64,000 bases of DNA from Pontiella sp. (GTDB lineage: Bacteria; Verrucomicrobiota; Kiritimatiellia; Kiritimatiellales; Pontiellaceae). A model generated the notes under the pieces. It was given only the letters and a program-made list of their open reading frames with translations. It was not told the DNA's origin and did not search any database. The position numbers and the translations under genes were made by a program. This document shows positions 40,023 through 48,657 of the stretch, in pieces; the stretch's first letter is position 1; every line of letters starts with the position of its first letter. Location of the stretch: contig JBNKHE010000003.1 of assembly GCA_050290185.1 (NCBI GenBank), forward strand, positions 256,001-320,000. The letters run 5' to 3'.

Positions 40023-41918
40023 ATGAGCGATTGGATCGGCCACGAGTGCGGTATTGCTGCCATACGATTGTTAAAACCCCTGGACTACTACATCGAGAAA
40101 TACGGTTCCCCGATGTATGCGGTGAACAAACTCACCCTGCTGATGGAAAAACAGCATAACCGCGGGCAAGATGGCGCCGGCGTCGCTTCCATCAAACTCG
40201 ACATGCCTCCGGGAGAACCCTACATCTTCCGCACCCGCTCTGCCGACAAGGACCCCATCATGCACGTCCGGAACCGTCTGGTGCAGGCGTTTGCCGACGC
40301 CCGGGAAAAGCATCCGGCCGAATACCAGAGCGGGGAGTGGGTCAAGCAGCATGTTCTGTTTGCCGGTGAGCTCCTGCTTGGCCATTTGCGCTACGGTACC
40401 CATGGTGCTTCAGGCGAATCGTTCTGCCATCCCTTTTTGCGCCAAAACAACTGGATGACCCGCAACCTGGTCGTAGCCGGCAATTTCAATCTCACCAACA
40501 ACAATGAGCTCTTCGATATGCTCGTTGAGCTGGGACAGCATCCGCGCAACAAAACCGATACCGTCATGGTGCTCGAAAAAATCGGACACTTCCTCGACGA
40601 AGCCAACGACTTCCTGTTCCGCAAATACCGCAAGGAAGGACTGAGCCGCGCGGAGATTACCGCAAAGATCATCAAGGAACTCGATGTCTACCGTATTCTA
40701 AAGAAGGCCACGCGATCCTTCGATGGCGGTTACGTGATGGCCGGCATGATCGGCCACGGAGACCTGTTTGTTTTGCGCGATCCCAACGGCATCCGTCCGG
40801 CATTCTACTACCAGGATGAGGAAATCGTGGCCATCGCTTCCGAGCGTCCGCAATTGCAAACCGCCTTGAATGTTCCGATCGGATCCATCCGCGAAATCGA
40901 ACCCGGCCATGCGCTGGTGGTCAAACATTCCGGTGAAGTTACGATGAATGTGGTCAATGAACCGGGACCGAAATCGCCATGCTCCTTCGAACGCATTTAT
41001 TTCTCGCGCGGTACCGACAAGGATATTTACCAGGAACGCAAAAATCTGGGCCGCTCGCTGGTTCGTCCCGTGCTCGATGCCGTCGACTATGATCTCGAAA
41101 ATACCGTCTTTTCCTATATTCCCAATACCGCCGAAACCGCCTTTTTCGGGTTGGTCGAAGGCGTGAAAGAGGTCGTGGGCGAACGCATGAAGTATCATCT
41201 GCTGCGCGAAAACCGCCTCACCGCCGATCGTATCGACGAGTTGCTCTCTTTTCAGCCGCGTGTAGAAAAGGTGATGACCAAGGATGCAAAGTTGCGAACC
41301 TTCATTACGGCCGATACCGACCGGGAAGATCTTGTGGCGCAAGTCTATGATACCACGTACGGTCTTGTGAAACCGAAGGATACGCTCGTGGTACTGGATG
41401 ACTCCATCGTCCGCGGTACCACGCTTCGCAGCAGCATCCTGCGCATTCTCGACCGGTTAGGCATGAAGAAGGTCGTAATCGTTTCTTCCGCTCCGCAGAT
41501 CCGCTTTCCGGACTGCTACGGTATTGATATGTCGAAAATGAAGGACTTCGTGGCCTTCGAGGCAGGCGTTGCTTTGATCCGCGAGACTGGCCGAGAAGCC
41601 ATGTTGGACGACATCTATGCCGCCTGCAAGCAGGACGAAAAGAAGCCGGTTGCGGAGGCAAAAAACCAGGTGACCCGGCTCTTCGACCCGTTCTCGGACC
41701 AGCAGGTGTCGGACAAAATTGCGGAAATCCTGACGCCGGTCGGCATGAAAGCCGAGGTACAGATCATTTATCAAAGCGTTCAGGGGCTCCACGAAGCCTG
41801 TCCCGGACACAAAGGCGACTGGTACTTTACCGGCAACTATCCCACTCCCGGAGGCCACCGCGTGGCCAACCGCTCCTTTATCAACTTCATGGAGAAGAGC
41901 GATGCGAGAGCCTACTAG
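40023..41918 (+). CDS. purF: Amidophosphoribosyltransferase (long form)
   Basis: HECGIA N-terminal nucleophile, RGQDGAG, GHLRYGT, RDPNGIRP, FERIYFSR, LDDSIVRGTT, YGIDM. Confidence 0.92.
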   Translation: MSDWIGHECGIAAIRLLKPLDYYIEKYGSPMYAVNKLTLLMEKQHNRGQDGAGVASIKLDMPPGEPYIFRTRSADKDPIMHVRNRLVQAFADAREKHPAEYQSGEWVKQHVLFAGELLLGHLRYGTHGASGESFCHPFLRQNNWMTRNLVVAGNFNLTNNNELFDMLVELGQHPRNKTDTVMVLEKIGHFLDEANDFLFRKYRKEGLSRAEITAKIIKELDVYRILKKATRSFDGGYVMAGMIGHGDLFVLRDPNGIRPAFYYQDEEIVAIASERPQLQTALNVPIGSIREIEPGHALVVKHSGEVTMNVVNEPGPKSPCSFERIYFSRGTDKDIYQERKNLGRSLVRPVLDAVDYDLENTVFSYIPNTAETAFFGLVEGVKEVVGERMKYHLLRENRLTADRIDELLSFQPRVEKVMTKDAKLRTFITADTDREDLVAQVYDTTYGLVKPKDTLVVLDDSIVRGTTLRSSILRILDRLGMKKVVIVSSAPQIRFPDCYGIDMSKMKDFVAFEAGVALIRETGREAMLDDIYAACKQDEKKPVAEAKNQVTRLFDPFSDQQVSDKIAEILTPVGMKAEVQIIYQSVQGLHEACPGHKGDWYFTGNYPTPGGHRVANRSFINFMEKSDARAY

Positions 41919-41925
41919 GCTCTCG

Positions 41926-42010
41926 CAGTTATCAGTTGTTGGTAAATAATTGAAAGACCGGGGAGTTCGATGGTTCTTGCTGATAATCAATAGCAATTAA
42001 CCATGAACTA
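41926..42010. repeat. Degenerate inverted heptamer repeats between convergent genes
   Basis: Plus strand CAGTTAT CAGTTGT TGGTAAA TAATTGA; minus strand TAGTTCA TGGTTAA TTGCTAT TGATTAT. Confidence 0.45.
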
Positions 42011-42011
42011 T

Positions 42012-42842
42012 TTATCTCAGTTTTAGCTGCGCCAAACAGCGTTTGAAATCACCGGGCAGGGGCGCCGTTGCGCGGATGGACTCCCCGGTTTTGGGGTGGG
42101 GGAAGATCAGGCGGTAGGCGTGCAGCATCTGCCTCGGTTGTTCCAGCGAAAGCTCATTGCCGGTTCCCGCATATTTTTTGTCGCCCAAAACAGGATGGCG
42201 CTTGTCGGCCAAGTGGCGGCGGATCTGGTGGGTGCGGCCCGTTTCGATGCGCAGTTCGAGATAGCTTGCATGTTTGTTGCTGTCGAGCAGTTTAACCAGG
42301 GTGGTGGACATGTATCCGTCGATATCCGTGCGGATTTCTTTCCAGTTGGCGGAAAACTTTCCGATGGTGACAGCACGGTAGATCTTCATGATGTCGCGTC
42401 CCTGGAACATGGGAATCATGGCGGCCTTGGCTTCGGCGCTCTTGGCGAAGATGACGCAGCCGGAGGTTTCCTTGTCGAGCCGGTGGACGGCGCAGATATG
42501 GCGGTTCTTTTCCTGTTTTTGCAGTTTGGCTTCGAGACTATCGTCCGATGCGTTGGTGAGCGTGAAGGCGGGCTTGTTGACAATCAGATAGTCGCTATCC
42601 TGCCACAGGATGGCGATTTTCTTAGGCTGGGTAGGGGCGCGCTCCTCGATCAGGATTTCAACGAGGTCGTTTTCCATCACTTCGTGTTTGCGGATCCAGA
42701 CGCGTTTTCCGTTCACAAGCACATGCTTGTTATCGATAGCGGCCTGGGCCTGCTTTTTTGAGATGCCCAGCTCTTCCGCGATTACCGCAAAGAGGCGCAT
42801 GCCCTCGTATCTGTATTTGACCTTGAATGATTGTCTTTTCAT
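42012..42842 (-). CDS. RluA/RluD family pseudouridine synthase
   Basis: S4-like N-terminus, VNKP, HRLDKETSG, TGRTHQIR.H, GD.KY, LHA; start moved to MKRQS. Confidence 0.92.
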   Translation of the reverse strand: MKRQSFKVKYRYEGMRLFAVIAEELGISKKQAQAAIDNKHVLVNGKRVWIRKHEVMENDLVEILIEERAPTQPKKIAILWQDSDYLIVNKPAFTLTNASDDSLEAKLQKQEKNRHICAVHRLDKETSGCVIFAKSAEAKAAMIPMFQGRDIMKIYRAVTIGKFSANWKEIRTDIDGYMSTTLVKLLDSNKHASYLELRIETGRTHQIRRHLADKRHPVLGDKKYAGTGNELSLEQPRQMLHAYRLIFPHPKTGESIRATAPLPGDFKRCLAQLKLR

Positions 42843-43025
42843 GAAATATCCATTTTGGGGGAAAGAGCAGAACAATAGGGCCAACGTACTCCAATGCACA
42901 ACGGCATTTTTAATAAAGCTGTCCGCCTCCGGGGCTCGTTTCGTTATTTCATTGCCCACCTGCAACGAGGAGGGCATATTCAGCGCCGTTTTGAGAGAAA
43001 ATGAACCTTCATCAAGGAGATCAAC

Positions 43026-44678
43026 ATGGAACAATTAAAGAAAAACGAAGCTTTCAGCGGTCCGGAAGGTCCGGTTGTGCTGGTGATCATGGACGGCGTC
43101 GGCATCGGTAAGAATCCGGCCAGCGACTATGTGAAAATCGCGAATACTCCGAATCTGGACTGGTTGCGCGAGCACGCTGCGGTCTACTCCGAACTCAAGG
43201 CGCACGGCAAGGCGGTGGGTTTGCCGGACGATTCCGACATGGGGAACTCCGAAGTAGGTCACAATGCCATTGGCTGTGGTCGCGTATTCGAGCAGGGTGC
43301 GGCACTGGTTGGTCAGGCCATTCGCTCCGGTTCCATGTTCGAGGACCAAGCATGGCAGGAGTTGGTAAGCAACGTGAATGCGAAGAATTCTGCGCTGCAT
43401 TTCATCGGGCTCTTTTCCGACGGAAACGTCCATTCCAATATCGCTCATCTCGAAGCCATGCTCAACAGGGCCAAGGAAGAAGGCGTAAAAAAGGCCCGTA
43501 TCCATGCCCTGATCGATGGCCGCGACGTGCCGCCGACCTCCTGTCTTGAGTATGTCGAGCGCTTTGAAAACTTTCTGGCCGGAATCAATGCTGATGGGGC
43601 CGTGGATTATTGCGTTGCGTCCGGCGGCGGACGCATGAACATTACGATGGACCGCTACAATGCCGACTGGAGCATGGTCGAACGCGGCTGGAACGCCCAT
43701 GTGAAAGCAGAAGGACGTACGTTTGCTTCCATGAAAGAAGCGGTCGAAACCTTCCGTAAGGAAAAGCCGGGCATTCTCGATCAGGATCTGCCGGCTTTCG
43801 TGATTGAGCGTGACGGTGAAGTGGTCGGACCCGTTGTCGATGGCGACAGCGTGATCTTTTTCAACTTCCGTGGCGACCGTTCGCTGGAAATCACCAAGGC
43901 GTTCGAAGCCGATGACCTGACCGAATTCAACCGCGGTCCGAAACCGGATGTGCTTTATGCCGGCATGATGGAATATGACGGCGACCTGAAGGTTCCGAAG
44001 CGCTATCTTGTTTCACCGCCGGCGATCGACCGGACGATGAGCCAGTATCTTTCCATCGAAGGGGTGAAGCAGTTCGCCATTTCCGAAACGCAGAAGTTTG
44101 GTCACGTGACTTACTTCTTCAACGGCAACAACTCCAGTAAGTTCCCGACTGAAACCTGGATGGAAATTCCATCGGATGTTTGCCCTTTCGAAGACGCGCC
44201 GGCCATGAAGGCTGTCGAAGTGACCGATGAAGTGGTCAAGGCTATCGAAGGCGGCGAATACAAGTTTATCCGCCTGAACTACCCGAACGGCGACATGGTC
44301 GGCCACACCGGTGTGGTTGAGGCGGTTAAGCAGGCTGTGGAAGCGGTCGATGAAGGATTGGGCCGGATCATGGAAGCACTCAAAAAGGCCAACGGCATTC
44401 TGGTTTGCTCCGCCGACCACGGCAACTCGGACGATATGTGCGAACTGGACAAGAAGACCCACGAACTGAAACTTGACGATGAGGGCAAGTGCAAGCCGAA
44501 GACGGCGCACTCGCTCAATCCGGTTCCGGCGATTGTGTACGATCCGTCCGGAGCTTCCAATGCCCGCAAAGCGGACGTGGAGGGGGCGGGCATCGCAAAC
44601 CTCGCGGCCACCTGCATTACGCTGCTGGGATTCGTGCCGCCTGACGACTACACGCCAAGCATCGTCGAAGTCGGCTAG
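43026..44678 (+). CDS. gpmI: 2,3-bisphosphoglycerate-independent phosphoglycerate mutase
   Basis: MDGVG, MGNSEVGH, SDGNVHS, DGRDVPP, NFRGDR, ETQKFGHVTYFFNG, DMVGHTG, ADHGN. Confidence 0.96.
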   Translation: MEQLKKNEAFSGPEGPVVLVIMDGVGIGKNPASDYVKIANTPNLDWLREHAAVYSELKAHGKAVGLPDDSDMGNSEVGHNAIGCGRVFEQGAALVGQAIRSGSMFEDQAWQELVSNVNAKNSALHFIGLFSDGNVHSNIAHLEAMLNRAKEEGVKKARIHALIDGRDVPPTSCLEYVERFENFLAGINADGAVDYCVASGGGRMNITMDRYNADWSMVERGWNAHVKAEGRTFASMKEAVETFRKEKPGILDQDLPAFVIERDGEVVGPVVDGDSVIFFNFRGDRSLEITKAFEADDLTEFNRGPKPDVLYAGMMEYDGDLKVPKRYLVSPPAIDRTMSQYLSIEGVKQFAISETQKFGHVTYFFNGNNSSKFPTETWMEIPSDVCPFEDAPAMKAVEVTDEVVKAIEGGEYKFIRLNYPNGDMVGHTGVVEAVKQAVEAVDEGLGRIMEALKKANGILVCSADHGNSDDMCELDKKTHELKLDDEGKCKPKTAHSLNPVPAIVYDPSGASNARKADVEGAGIANLAATCITLLGFVPPDDYTPSIVEVG

Positions 44679-44703
44679 ACGATTAAGCTAAATGCCCTTG
44701 GAG

Positions 44704-44746
44704 CAAAGGCCGCAAAGATCCGGGACGGATTTCTTTGCGGTCTTTG
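44704..44746 (+). terminator. Strong hairpin after gpmI (terminator-like, nonamer-repeat palindrome)
   Basis: CAAAGGCCGCAAAGA pairs with TCTTTGCGGTCTTTG (15 bp including one G-U). Confidence 0.6.
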
Positions 44747-44775
44747 TGGTCTTCTGATAAACGTTATTCTGAAAC

Positions 44776-45276
44776 ATGAAAAGAATCATTCACTATCTTG
44801 CAGCTCTTCTACTGGTCTCCGGTTTGGGCTATGCACAAGAGAACTCTACCAACTCGCTTTCCTCTTCCTCGCTGGAAGATTATGTGGATCCCGGTGCGGA
44901 GATTCTGGGCGAGGGTGCTCACTATCAGTACTATGATGAGGACGGCGATCTCAGGGCACAGCTGTACGGCGGCCAGCTTAGAAATCTGGGTGAAGGCAAG
45001 GTAGACGTGACCGATGTCCGCATCGATGTTTACGAAAAAGGAGTTGTGGTCATGACGATCTATGCTCCGCAGTGCGTGATGCACGTAGAGGAGCACGGGA
45101 AGAAGAATGTTCTGCTGGTTGATTCGGAAGGCGATGTGTTGATTGATTCGGATCGGATGACGATTGCCGGACGCGGCTTTAGGTTTTCTTCCCATAGCAA
45201 CCGGTTTGAAATCCTGTCCGAAGCAAAAGTGCTGGTGAAGGACTCGACCCGGAATTTAAAGGGACTGGAGTTATGA
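44776..45276 (+). CDS. LptC-like LPS export protein
   Basis: Signal/TM segment then beta-rich repeats (VLIDSDRMTIAGRGFRF...FEILSEAKV); first gene of the lptC-A-B cluster. Confidence 0.6.
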   Translation: MKRIIHYLAALLLVSGLGYAQENSTNSLSSSSLEDYVDPGAEILGEGAHYQYYDEDGDLRAQLYGGQLRNLGEGKVDVTDVRIDVYEKGVVVMTIYAPQCVMHVEEHGKKNVLLVDSEGDVLIDSDRMTIAGRGFRFSSHSNRFEILSEAKVLVKDSTRNLKGLEL

Positions 45277-46355
45277 GCAGGTATCTGGCCCCAATCCTAA
45301 TCACCTGTTGTATGGTGCTCGTTATTTCGTGTTCGAAGCGCGAGAAGTCCGATCCCAATGCCGAAGAGTGGATCAATATTGAAGCTATGGCCGACGATGC
45401 TGAAATCGTGCCTGCAACCCCTATCTCCAATACCCCGGTTTCCACCGTTTCCGGAAAGTCTGAACCAGTAGGGGACTTTGATGGTTTCAGGCAACGGCTG
45501 GAAGAAATGAAGTCGATTGAGCGTAAGCCGGGGCAGACCATGCTGACCGGGGAGGGCCTTGTGTTGGACTATCAGGCACGGTTGGTCCAGATGGATGGCG
45601 ATGTGCTGGTCGACGACGATGAGGGCCAGCTTCGCGCCGAAACCCTGACCGGCCGCTTTTCAAGCTTGAACCAGATAGAACATATCGAGGCCGCCGGCGG
45701 CATCACGATTGTTTCCGGCAATCGGACTGCCCGCGCAGACGCGGCGGTCTACAATTATCTGGACAGTACCGTCGAGCTGAATGGGCAGGCCACCATCTCA
45801 GAGGGCGGAAACAGCCTGTCGGGTGAGAGCGTCCGGTTCTGGATCAAGGGCGACCGTAGAATGATTTGCGAACCCAATGCGGTCTTGGTGGTGTCGGGCC
45901 AGTCCGGAATCGGTATGGGTGGCATTCCGGAGGAGGTCGGGGCTACGGAAATCCGCGCCAATCAAGTGATTTACGATGAGAGCATTCATCGGGTAGATCT
46001 GGAGGGAAACGTTCGGTTGCGCAACGCCCGGATCGCCATGAATTGCGGCGCGACCCATCTGTACCTGAAAGATGACAATAAAATAGATTGGATCGAAGCC
46101 ATTGACGGGGTAATAATCCAATCAGACGACAGGAAGGCGCTGGCAGATAGAGCAGTATATGAGGCGGATGAAGGGAAGTTTACACTGGAAGGACGCCCGA
46201 TGGTGAAGCAGGGACGAAGTGTGATGACCGGCGACCGGATACGATTCTGGCATGAAACAGGGGCTGTTCTTTGCGAGCCCAACGGTCACATTCTTTATTA
46301 TTATGACTTGGATGAGGAAACACAGGCCCGGTTTCCCAAAGATTTGAATGATTGA
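45273..46355 (+). CDS. LptA/OstA-like lipoprotein with two tandem beta-jellyroll domains
   Basis: LVIS-C lipobox; two copies of IEA..G..I......A.AD.AVY.......L.G......G.....G...RFW.......CEPN; directly upstream of lptB. Confidence 0.75.
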   Translation: MSRYLAPILITCCMVLVISCSKREKSDPNAEEWINIEAMADDAEIVPATPISNTPVSTVSGKSEPVGDFDGFRQRLEEMKSIERKPGQTMLTGEGLVLDYQARLVQMDGDVLVDDDEGQLRAETLTGRFSSLNQIEHIEAAGGITIVSGNRTARADAAVYNYLDSTVELNGQATISEGGNSLSGESVRFWIKGDRRMICEPNAVLVVSGQSGIGMGGIPEEVGATEIRANQVIYDESIHRVDLEGNVRLRNARIAMNCGATHLYLKDDNKIDWIEAIDGVIIQSDDRKALADRAVYEADEGKFTLEGRPMVKQGRSVMTGDRIRFWHETGAVLCEPNGHILYYYDLDEETQARFPKDLND

Positions 46356-47094
46356 AATGGAAGCAGAACAATCCTACCTGATCCGAACGGAAAAACTGGT
46401 TAAGGCATACAAGGGCCGGAAAGTCGTTCGCGAGGTTGAAATTAATGTAAAGGCTGGCGAAATCGTGGGTCTGCTCGGGCCGAATGGTGCGGGCAAGACC
46501 ACCAGTTTCTACATGATCGTCGGTTTGATTCGGCCCTCGAACGGCAAGGTGTTTTTCAACGGGAAGAATGTAACCAATGTCCCCATGTACAAGCGTGCCC
46601 GAATGGGTATGGGCTACCTCTCGCAGGAGCCTTCCATATTCAGAAAACTGACGGTGCAGGAAAACGTAATGGCGATACTCGAAACCCTCCCCATTTCCGG
46701 CAAGGAGCGCAAGCGGCGCCTGCACCAGCTGTTGGAGGAATTGAATATCGGTCATCTGGCGAAGCAACGCGCGTATACGCTGAGTGGCGGCGAACGTCGC
46801 CGGTTGGAAATTACGCGGGCATTGGTGACCAATCCCTCGATTATTCTTCTGGATGAACCCTTTAGCGGCGTGGATCCATTGGCGGTTCACGATGTGCAGG
46901 ATATCGTACGGGAATTGCGCGACAAGGGGTTGGGTGTACTGATTACAGACCACAACGTTCGCGAGACCCTGGCAGTAGTGGATCGCGCCTATCTGCTCTG
47001 CGAAGGACAGGTGCTGCGTGAGGGGAACAGCGATTTCTTAGTCAACGACGAGGTGAGCCGTGAACTCTATCTGGGTCCGCGGTTCAGTATGTAA
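46348..47094 (+). CDS. lptB: LPS export ABC transporter ATPase
   Basis: GPNGAGKTTSFYM, YLSQEPSIFRKL, LSGGERRRLEI, LLDEPFSGVDP, ITDHNVRETL. Confidence 0.96.
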   Translation: MIEMEAEQSYLIRTEKLVKAYKGRKVVREVEINVKAGEIVGLLGPNGAGKTTSFYMIVGLIRPSNGKVFFNGKNVTNVPMYKRARMGMGYLSQEPSIFRKLTVQENVMAILETLPISGKERKRRLHQLLEELNIGHLAKQRAYTLSGGERRRLEITRALVTNPSIILLDEPFSGVDPLAVHDVQDIVRELRDKGLGVLITDHNVRETLAVVDRAYLLCEGQVLREGNSDFLVNDEVSRELYLGPRFSM

Positions 47095-47114
47095 CATAAC
47101 CGAAAGGAGCAGCC

Positions 47115-47411
47115 ATGCAGATTAGTATTACAGGACGGCATGTCACGGTAACCGACAACGTCAAGGCTCATGTCAACGAGAAGCTTGAGCGAAGTCTGGG
47201 TTTGTTCCCTCGCATAGAATCCATCCACGTCATACTGGATGAGGAAAAGATTAACAAAGTGGCTGAAGTGGTGATTCAGGCCGCGAATCATATTCGGATC
47301 TCTTCAACCGAAAAATCCGAAAACCTCTACGATGCAATCGACCGCTCCATAGAACATGCCGAACGGCAGATGCGCAAGCAGCGGGATAAAATTCAGGAAC
47401 ATCACAAGTAG
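47115..47411 (+). CDS. hpf: Ribosome hibernation promoting factor (short HPF/RaiA)
   Basis: I.ITGRHV.VTD, LY.AID, RQMRK..DK. Confidence 0.9.
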   Translation: MQISITGRHVTVTDNVKAHVNEKLERSLGLFPRIESIHVILDEEKINKVAEVVIQAANHIRISSTEKSENLYDAIDRSIEHAERQMRKQRDKIQEHHK

Positions 47412-47442
47412 GATCTAAACAAGACGTATCAGGAGGTGAGCG

Positions 47443-48381
47443 GTGGCGATAACCGTAAGAGCATTGTTGGACGAAGGCGCTGAGCAACTGGAAATCACTG
47501 TGGTGGCGGGCGAGAACTATCTTGACCGTAAACTGCAGGAAACCGCTATGAACCGACCGGGGTTGGCGCTGACCGGATTTTTCCAGTACTTCGCAAACCA
47601 ACGTCTGCAGATTTTCGGGCTGGCCGAATTCACCTACCTGAAAAGCCTGAGTCAGTCTGACAAGCTGGAACGGTTGGAGGGCCTGTTCAAACAGCAGATC
47701 CCCGGGATTGTTGTGACGCGCAACCGCAAGCCGCCCAAGGAAATCCTCTCCCTGGCCGAGCAGTACAATGTGCCGGTTTTGCGCAGTGGCATGGTCACCA
47801 TGAATTTTGTGAACGAATGCACGGTATTGCTGGAAAAGCTTACGGCGCCGCGCAAACGCATCCAGGGCACCACCATGGAAATTATGGGGATTGGTGTATT
47901 GCTGCGGGGAGATCCCGGCATCGGGAAAAGCGAAACGGCTTTGTCGCTGATTGAACGAGGCTACAGCCTGGTATCGGACGATGTTACGGAAACACGAAAG
48001 ACCAGCCGGGGCCGGATTCTATGCTGGGCAAATGAAGTTACGCGCTATCACATGGAAATCAGAGGATTGGGAATTATCCATGTCCCCAGCCTCTTCGGGG
48101 TGTCATCGATCCGCCGGCATACGGAGCTGGATCTGGTTGTTGATCTGAAGCAGCCTACGGGCGATGAAGACCGAACCGGAGTGCACCCGAGTACCGTCGA
48201 GATCCTGGGATGCGCAATCCCCTGCATAACGCTTCCGGTACGGTCTGGACGTGACATGGCCAATATTGTTGAGGTGGCGGCCCTTAACCAAAAGCTTAAG
48301 GAACTCGGACACGATGCGGCCAAGGAGCTCGACGACAAGGTTATAAACCGGCTGACCAGAGGGCGGGTGCAGCATGGCTGA
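47443..48381 (+). CDS. hprK: HPr kinase/phosphorylase
   Basis: NRPGLALTGFF, G.PGIGKSETAL.LI.RG..LVSDD, MEIRGLGII, PVRSGR. Confidence 0.95.
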   Translation: MAITVRALLDEGAEQLEITVVAGENYLDRKLQETAMNRPGLALTGFFQYFANQRLQIFGLAEFTYLKSLSQSDKLERLEGLFKQQIPGIVVTRNRKPPKEILSLAEQYNVPVLRSGMVTMNFVNECTVLLEKLTAPRKRIQGTTMEIMGIGVLLRGDPGIGKSETALSLIERGYSLVSDDVTETRKTSRGRILCWANEVTRYHMEIRGLGIIHVPSLFGVSSIRRHTELDLVVDLKQPTGDEDRTGVHPSTVEILGCAIPCITLPVRSGRDMANIVEVAALNQKLKELGHDAAKELDDKVINRLTRGRVQHG

Positions 48382-48652
48382 GAATACTATCGTTAAGAGT
48401 TTCAAGGTTGAAAACCAATATGGAATTCATGCTCGGCCTGCCGCATTGCTGGTGAAGGCGGCCGGTAAATATGAGTGCGACATATTCATTGAAAAGGATG
48501 GAAACAGCGTCTCATGTAAAAGTATAATGGGCTTGATGACGATTGAAGGGTATCCGGGCAGCATGATGAAGGTTACAGCATCTGGGAATGATGCCCGCGA
48601 TGCCATGGCCGAAATCGAGGAGCTGTTCGTTAATAAATTCTACGAGGACTAG
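48374..48652 (+). CDS. ptsH: Phosphocarrier protein HPr
   Basis: GIHARPAA (His15 equivalent) and KSIMGLM (Ser46 equivalent). Confidence 0.93.
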   Translation: MAENTIVKSFKVENQYGIHARPAALLVKAAGKYECDIFIEKDGNSVSCKSIMGLMTIEGYPGSMMKVTASGNDARDAMAEIEELFVNKFYED

Positions 48653-48657
48653 GGTGG

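Noticed and set aside
42843..43034. N-terminal extension of the pseudouridine synthase ORF
   Set aside because: Would overlap the gpmI start and fill the divergent promoter region; homology begins at MKRQS.
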